A DNA stretch of 64,000 nt from Candidatus Nomurabacteria bacterium. Lineage in GTDB: Bacteria; Patescibacteriota; Minisyncoccia; Phycocordibacterales; UBA9973. The translations under genes and the position numbers were made by a program. The stretch covers positions 128,892-192,891 of the forward strand of contig JAHFNS010000002.1 in assembly GCA_023267215.1 (NCBI GenBank). Direction: 5' to 3'. Positions 60,101 to 64,000 of the stretch are shown here, piece after piece. Each line of letters opens with the position of its first letter. The first letter of the stretch is position 1. The notes beneath the pieces are model-generated. The model worked only from the letters and a program-made list of their open reading frames with translations, had not been told where the DNA came from and ran no database searches.

Positions 60101-60679
60101 ATGATTGGAAGCATAAAAGGGAAAATAATCTTAAAAACTGACAAGTTTTTGATAGTGGAAACAGGTGGCGTTGGTTATAAAACAAACGTCTCACCAGATA
60201 CTTTATCTAAATTAAAAAATCCAAAAGATGACGTGTTTTTCTTCATACATACTCACGTAAGAGAAGATGCTCTTGATCTTTATGGGTTTTTAAATCAAGA
60301 AGAATTAGAATTTTTTGAAATGCTTATAAATGTCTCCGGCATCGGACCAAAAGGCGCACTAGGTATTTTAGGAATCGCTTCTATCGAAACATTAAAAAGA
60401 GCAATAGGCACAGGAGACACAGCATACCTCACAAAAATTTCTGGCATCGGTAGAAAAACTGCAGAAAAAATAGTTATTGAACTTCGAGACAAAATGCAAA
60501 ATAAAAATACAGAAGAAAAAGGTGGCACTTCCCTTCGAGATGAGCTCGATGCTCTAGAAGCATTGAAATCTCTCGGCTATTCTCAAAACGAAGCCCGTGA
60601 TGCTCTAAAAAAAATTTCTCCCGACGCAAATACGAATACAAAAATCCGTGAGGCTCTAAAAATTTTAGCTAATAAATAA
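60101..60679 (+). CDS. ruvA: Holliday junction branch migration protein RuvA
   Basis: GGVGY, VREDALDLYGF, GIGPK, AL.SLGY motifs. Confidence 0.96.
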   Translation: MIGSIKGKIILKTDKFLIVETGGVGYKTNVSPDTLSKLKNPKDDVFFFIHTHVREDALDLYGFLNQEELEFFEMLINVSGIGPKGALGILGIASIETLKRAIGTGDTAYLTKISGIGRKTAEKIVIELRDKMQNKNTEEKGGTSLRDELDALEALKSLGYSQNEARDALKKISPDANTNTKIREALKILANK

Positions 60680-60775
60680 AAGATAAAATAATGCTTTTTT
60701 CGGCATACGCAATATTAATTTCGTAAACCATTGTCAGGTTCGAGTGCGAGCCGTGAAAAAGTATTATTTTATCTT

Positions 60776-61618
60776 TTATTTCCCAAAAAAATAATTTTTC
60801 AAACCACTAAAAGTAAGATTAGCCATATTGGTATACATTTGGTGACGTGCGAGACTGTTACCAAATCTATAAATATAACCATATTCTATAAGTACAGATT
60901 TTACACTCTTTAAAAGAGTGCCGTTAGAACCTAAAGCGATCAAACTCTGGTCAGGGGTCAACCCTTCTAATTCTTTTTCATAAGTACTTGGAATATACTT
61001 TTTTGAAATTTGTGAAAAAATGCTTTTCGCTAATTTTGTACTCTCTTTAGAATTAACCATCTGTTCTTCTGGCATATAAACAGTAAAACCTTTATAAATA
61101 CCTTTAGCCCATGTATTCTCACGTGGATAATCATTAAAATGAATATGTATGACAGCATCTATTTTATTTTCATCTGCCCATTTATTTATGCCATACAACC
61201 TAAGAGCAACATCTTCGGTAGCTTTATTGTGTACCACTTCTATTTTTTTAACAAAACTTCCATTATTAATTTTATCTTGCATATTTTTTTTAGCATTTTC
61301 TTCAAAAGAAATAATCTCTGGTTGATGAAAAGAAAAATAATTAGTAAATTCTGTCGTATAACCAAGAACATCGCGAGTAATATAAACTTTAAATCTTTTA
61401 TCCTTTTTGAGGATATTATAAATTTTTGTTGCCAATACTAAATTCATATCTGCTTCTTTTAGGTTTCCATATTGTGAACCCCATATTTCATCATCATGTC
61501 CAGGAACTAAGAGAATTTTAATAGTATCTTTTTGTGTTGAGACAACAGCAAAAACATCATGTGGTACAAGAAAAATTAAGACAAAAAATATGAACAATGT
61601 GATGAAAATCTTTTTCAT
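60776..61618 (-). CDS. N-acetylmuramoyl-L-alanine amidase (Amidase_3)
   Basis: PGHD, EADMNL, IHFN, LIEYGYI motifs. Confidence 0.82.
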   Translation of the reverse strand: MKKIFITLFIFFVLIFLVPHDVFAVVSTQKDTIKILLVPGHDDEIWGSQYGNLKEADMNLVLATKIYNILKKDKRFKVYITRDVLGYTTEFTNYFSFHQPEIISFEENAKKNMQDKINNGSFVKKIEVVHNKATEDVALRLYGINKWADENKIDAVIHIHFNDYPRENTWAKGIYKGFTVYMPEEQMVNSKESTKLAKSIFSQISKKYIPSTYEKELEGLTPDQSLIALGSNGTLLKSVKSVLIEYGYIYRFGNSLARHQMYTNMANLTFSGLKNYFFGK

Positions 61619-61632
61619 TGTATAATCATAAC

Positions 61633-62499
61633 ATGCCAGAGCTACCAGAAGTAGAAACCACAGTTAGGGGATTAAAAAAGAAAATAATAGATCTTACTAT
61701 AAAAGACGTCTGGACAGACCTTGCCACAAAAGACAAACGTCAGCATGATGCGGTTGCAAATCCGAAGTATTTTTTGCTATTCAAAAAAGAAATTTTGAAT
61801 AAAAAAATTATCTCAGTAGAAAGACGAGCAAAAAATATTTTAATAAATCTGTCTGGTGGCCCCGCCAAGGACGGGGTAAAAAAAACAATATTGATTCATT
61901 TAAAAATGACTGGGCATTTACTTTTTAATAACAAAGATAAATTTATACATCTTCTTTTTACCCTCTCTGGTAAAAATTATTTAGCTTTTTCTGATATTCG
62001 TAAGTTTGGCAAAATAACTTTACTTGATACAAAAACTGCTCATGATACAAGACATTTAAACAATATTGGCCCAGAACCCTTGGATAAAAATTTTACTTGG
62101 CAAAAATTAAAAGAAAGATTAATTAAAAAGCCACAGGGTAAAATAAAGACCGTTTTAATGGATCAATCTCTCCTCTCGGGTATCGGTAATATTTATTCTG
62201 ATGAAATACTTTGGCAGGCAGGAATCCATCCGGAAAGAAAAATAAAAGATATAAAAGATGAAGAATTTAAAAAAATATTTACTGCAATGCAAACTATTTT
62301 AAAGAAAAGTATTAGCTTGGGTGGAGATTCAATGTCTGATTATATAAATCTATTTGGCAAAAAAGGTAAATTCCAGCTTTGCCATAATGCCTACAGACGC
62401 ACAGGAGAAAAATGTGGAAAGAAAAACTGTAAAGGCATTATTCTAAGAAAAATAATAAATGGTCGCAGCGCACATTTTTGCTCAGTGCATCAAAAATAA
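61633..62499 (+). CDS. mutM: Formamidopyrimidine-DNA glycosylase
   Basis: MPELPEVE, HLKMTG, GIGNIYSDE, C-terminal zinc finger. Confidence 0.95.
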   Translation: MPELPEVETTVRGLKKKIIDLTIKDVWTDLATKDKRQHDAVANPKYFLLFKKEILNKKIISVERRAKNILINLSGGPAKDGVKKTILIHLKMTGHLLFNNKDKFIHLLFTLSGKNYLAFSDIRKFGKITLLDTKTAHDTRHLNNIGPEPLDKNFTWQKLKERLIKKPQGKIKTVLMDQSLLSGIGNIYSDEILWQAGIHPERKIKDIKDEEFKKIFTAMQTILKKSISLGGDSMSDYINLFGKKGKFQLCHNAYRRTGEKCGKKNCKGIILRKIINGRSAHFCSVHQK

Positions 62500-62540
62500 A
62501 TTCATTATGAAAATAAATTTAAAAAAGGTAATATATTAAT

Positions 62541-63392
62541 ATGTTAGTATTTTTTAGTTATATATTTTATTTCATCGCTGCAAGTGCTTCCCCTCTCCAG
62601 AGACGTTGGCTTGCAACAAAGAAAAATGCGGACAACAAAGGCCAAATTCATTTTGCATTTCAAGTAACTTTTATTACTATCGTTTTAAGTTTAGTCTTGC
62701 CATTTTTTAGTACTTTCTATTTAGAAGGAAATCCTCTTTATCTGGTCGGACTTTCATTAGTTTGTGGAATCTTTGGTGCTGGATATTTTATTAGCTCATA
62801 CACAGCACAAAAACACGTAGAAGCAGGCGTTTCAACACTCGTAAGTAATATTTATACACCAATCACAATAGTTTTAGCCATGCTATTTTTAAACGAAAGT
62901 TTAACAACTATCCAAATTTTTGGAACAGTACTTTTGCTTGTTGGTATGGCCATTGTTTCAAAAAAACACAGAATAGGAAAATTTAAATTCGATAAATACT
63001 TTATGCTGATGATTCTCTCCGGCGTAATGCTTGGTGTTTCTCTCACAGCTGAACGAGCTCTAATGAAAATGACTGGATTTTCGGCTGGTACAATGCTTTC
63101 TTGGTGGGCACAATGTGCTTTCTTGGGAATAGCTACTATTGTCACAAAAAATAAAAGTGAGTATTCAAAAAAAGATATTACAATAACGGGAGTTTTACGA
63201 TTTCTTCAATCACTTTCATGGGTAATATTATTATTTGTTGTAGGAAATTTGAGTCTAGTGTCTGCAATTACTACATTTAAGGTTGTGATTATTTTTATAG
63301 CAGCAGCTTTGTTTCTTAAGGAACGTGAAGATCTTCTATTAAAAATTGCTGGTAGTATCATTGCTTTAACTGGTTTACTTTTAATGAAATAG
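62541..63392 (+). CDS. EamA/DMT-family transporter
   Basis: About 10 TM helices with duplicated FLxE motif. Confidence 0.8.
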   Translation: MLVFFSYIFYFIAASASPLQRRWLATKKNADNKGQIHFAFQVTFITIVLSLVLPFFSTFYLEGNPLYLVGLSLVCGIFGAGYFISSYTAQKHVEAGVSTLVSNIYTPITIVLAMLFLNESLTTIQIFGTVLLLVGMAIVSKKHRIGKFKFDKYFMLMILSGVMLGVSLTAERALMKMTGFSAGTMLSWWAQCAFLGIATIVTKNKSEYSKKDITITGVLRFLQSLSWVILLFVVGNLSLVSAITTFKVVIIFIAAALFLKEREDLLLKIAGSIIALTGLLLMK

Positions 63393-63555
63393 GGTTTTTA
63401 TATAAAATAAAGAAACATAAAATTTAGAAAGCCTTGCGCAGGAGCTTAGAAAATAAAGGAGGTATTCCGACTATTATTTTCTTGAGCGACGAGAAGTTCG
63501 CTGGCTAAGCAACGCCCAGATAGATTGCTTTATAAATTTTGATATTTCTTTATTT

Positions 63556-64000
63556 TTATATCTTCAATATCCCAAAAAGAGCAATTCCGCAAGCGACGGA
63601 GACGTTGAGCGACTCTTTTTTGCCTCGCATTGGAATTTCGGCAATTATGTCACATTTTGCAAGTATATTTTTTGGAATTCCCGTTACTTCTGCCCCCACA
63701 ATAAAAACATTTTTCTTTTGTAATTTCACTTTTTTATAATCAATAGATTTTTTATCTTGTTCTATGCCTATTATTAAATAATTCTCTTCTTTTAATTTTT
63801 TAAGTAGAGGTAGAATATTTTTTTTATACTCCCAAAATACAAATTCCTCAGCACCCAAAGATGATTTTGCTAAATCCCCCCTCTTCCTACCAAAACGGTC
63901 AAGTGGTGTGGGGGTGTAACCTGTTAAATAAATTTTATTAATACCAGCTGCATCAGCAGTCCGAAACATAGCGCCAACATTTGTGACACTCCTAATATCA
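63556..64000 (-). CDS. SpoU/TrmH-family methyltransferase (5' end beyond window)
   Basis: NVGAMFRTADA, GAEVTG, ESLNVSVA motifs. Confidence 0.88.
   Translation of the reverse strand, partial: DIRSVTNVGAMFRTADAAGINKIYLTGYTPTPLDRFGRKRGDLAKSSLGAEEFVFWEYKKNILPLLKKLKEENYLIIGIEQDKKSIDYKKVKLQKKNVFIVGAEVTGIPKNILAKCDIIAEIPMRGKKESLNVSVACGIALFGILKI

Overview
AT-rich chromosomal segment, most likely from a Patescibacteria/CPR (Parcubacteria-like) bacterium. This is inferred from rplK with no adjacent rplA, tRNA-Arg(GCG), scarce Shine-Dalgarno sites, and CPR-type Cys-rich and tRNA-adjacent nuclease families. The str/S10 cluster is split between fusA and tuf by about 13 kb carrying three things. The first is a complete de novo pyrimidine operon preceded by a pyrL-like leader and terminator. 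The second is a hicBA toxin-antitoxin pair. The third is a complete diversity-generating retroelement (DGR): RT, inverted avd, and a 111-bp TR/VR pair with 11 of 11 mismatches at TR adenines. The RT and avd 5' ends share a C9/G9 tract that sets the avd reading frame. A nucleotide/folate cluster encodes a thymidylate-synthase homolog with Asp at the Asn177-equivalent (dCMP-type) position, divergent from a dCMP-deaminase-like gene, suggesting a methylate-then-deaminate route to dTMP or a modified-cytosine pathway. Also present: six tRNAs (one very non-canonical), three tRNA-adjacent nuclease genes, an ECF sigma locus with a thrice-repeated promoter-like motif, a TSP1-repeat surface protein, and palindromic repeats inserted in frame in housekeeping genes.
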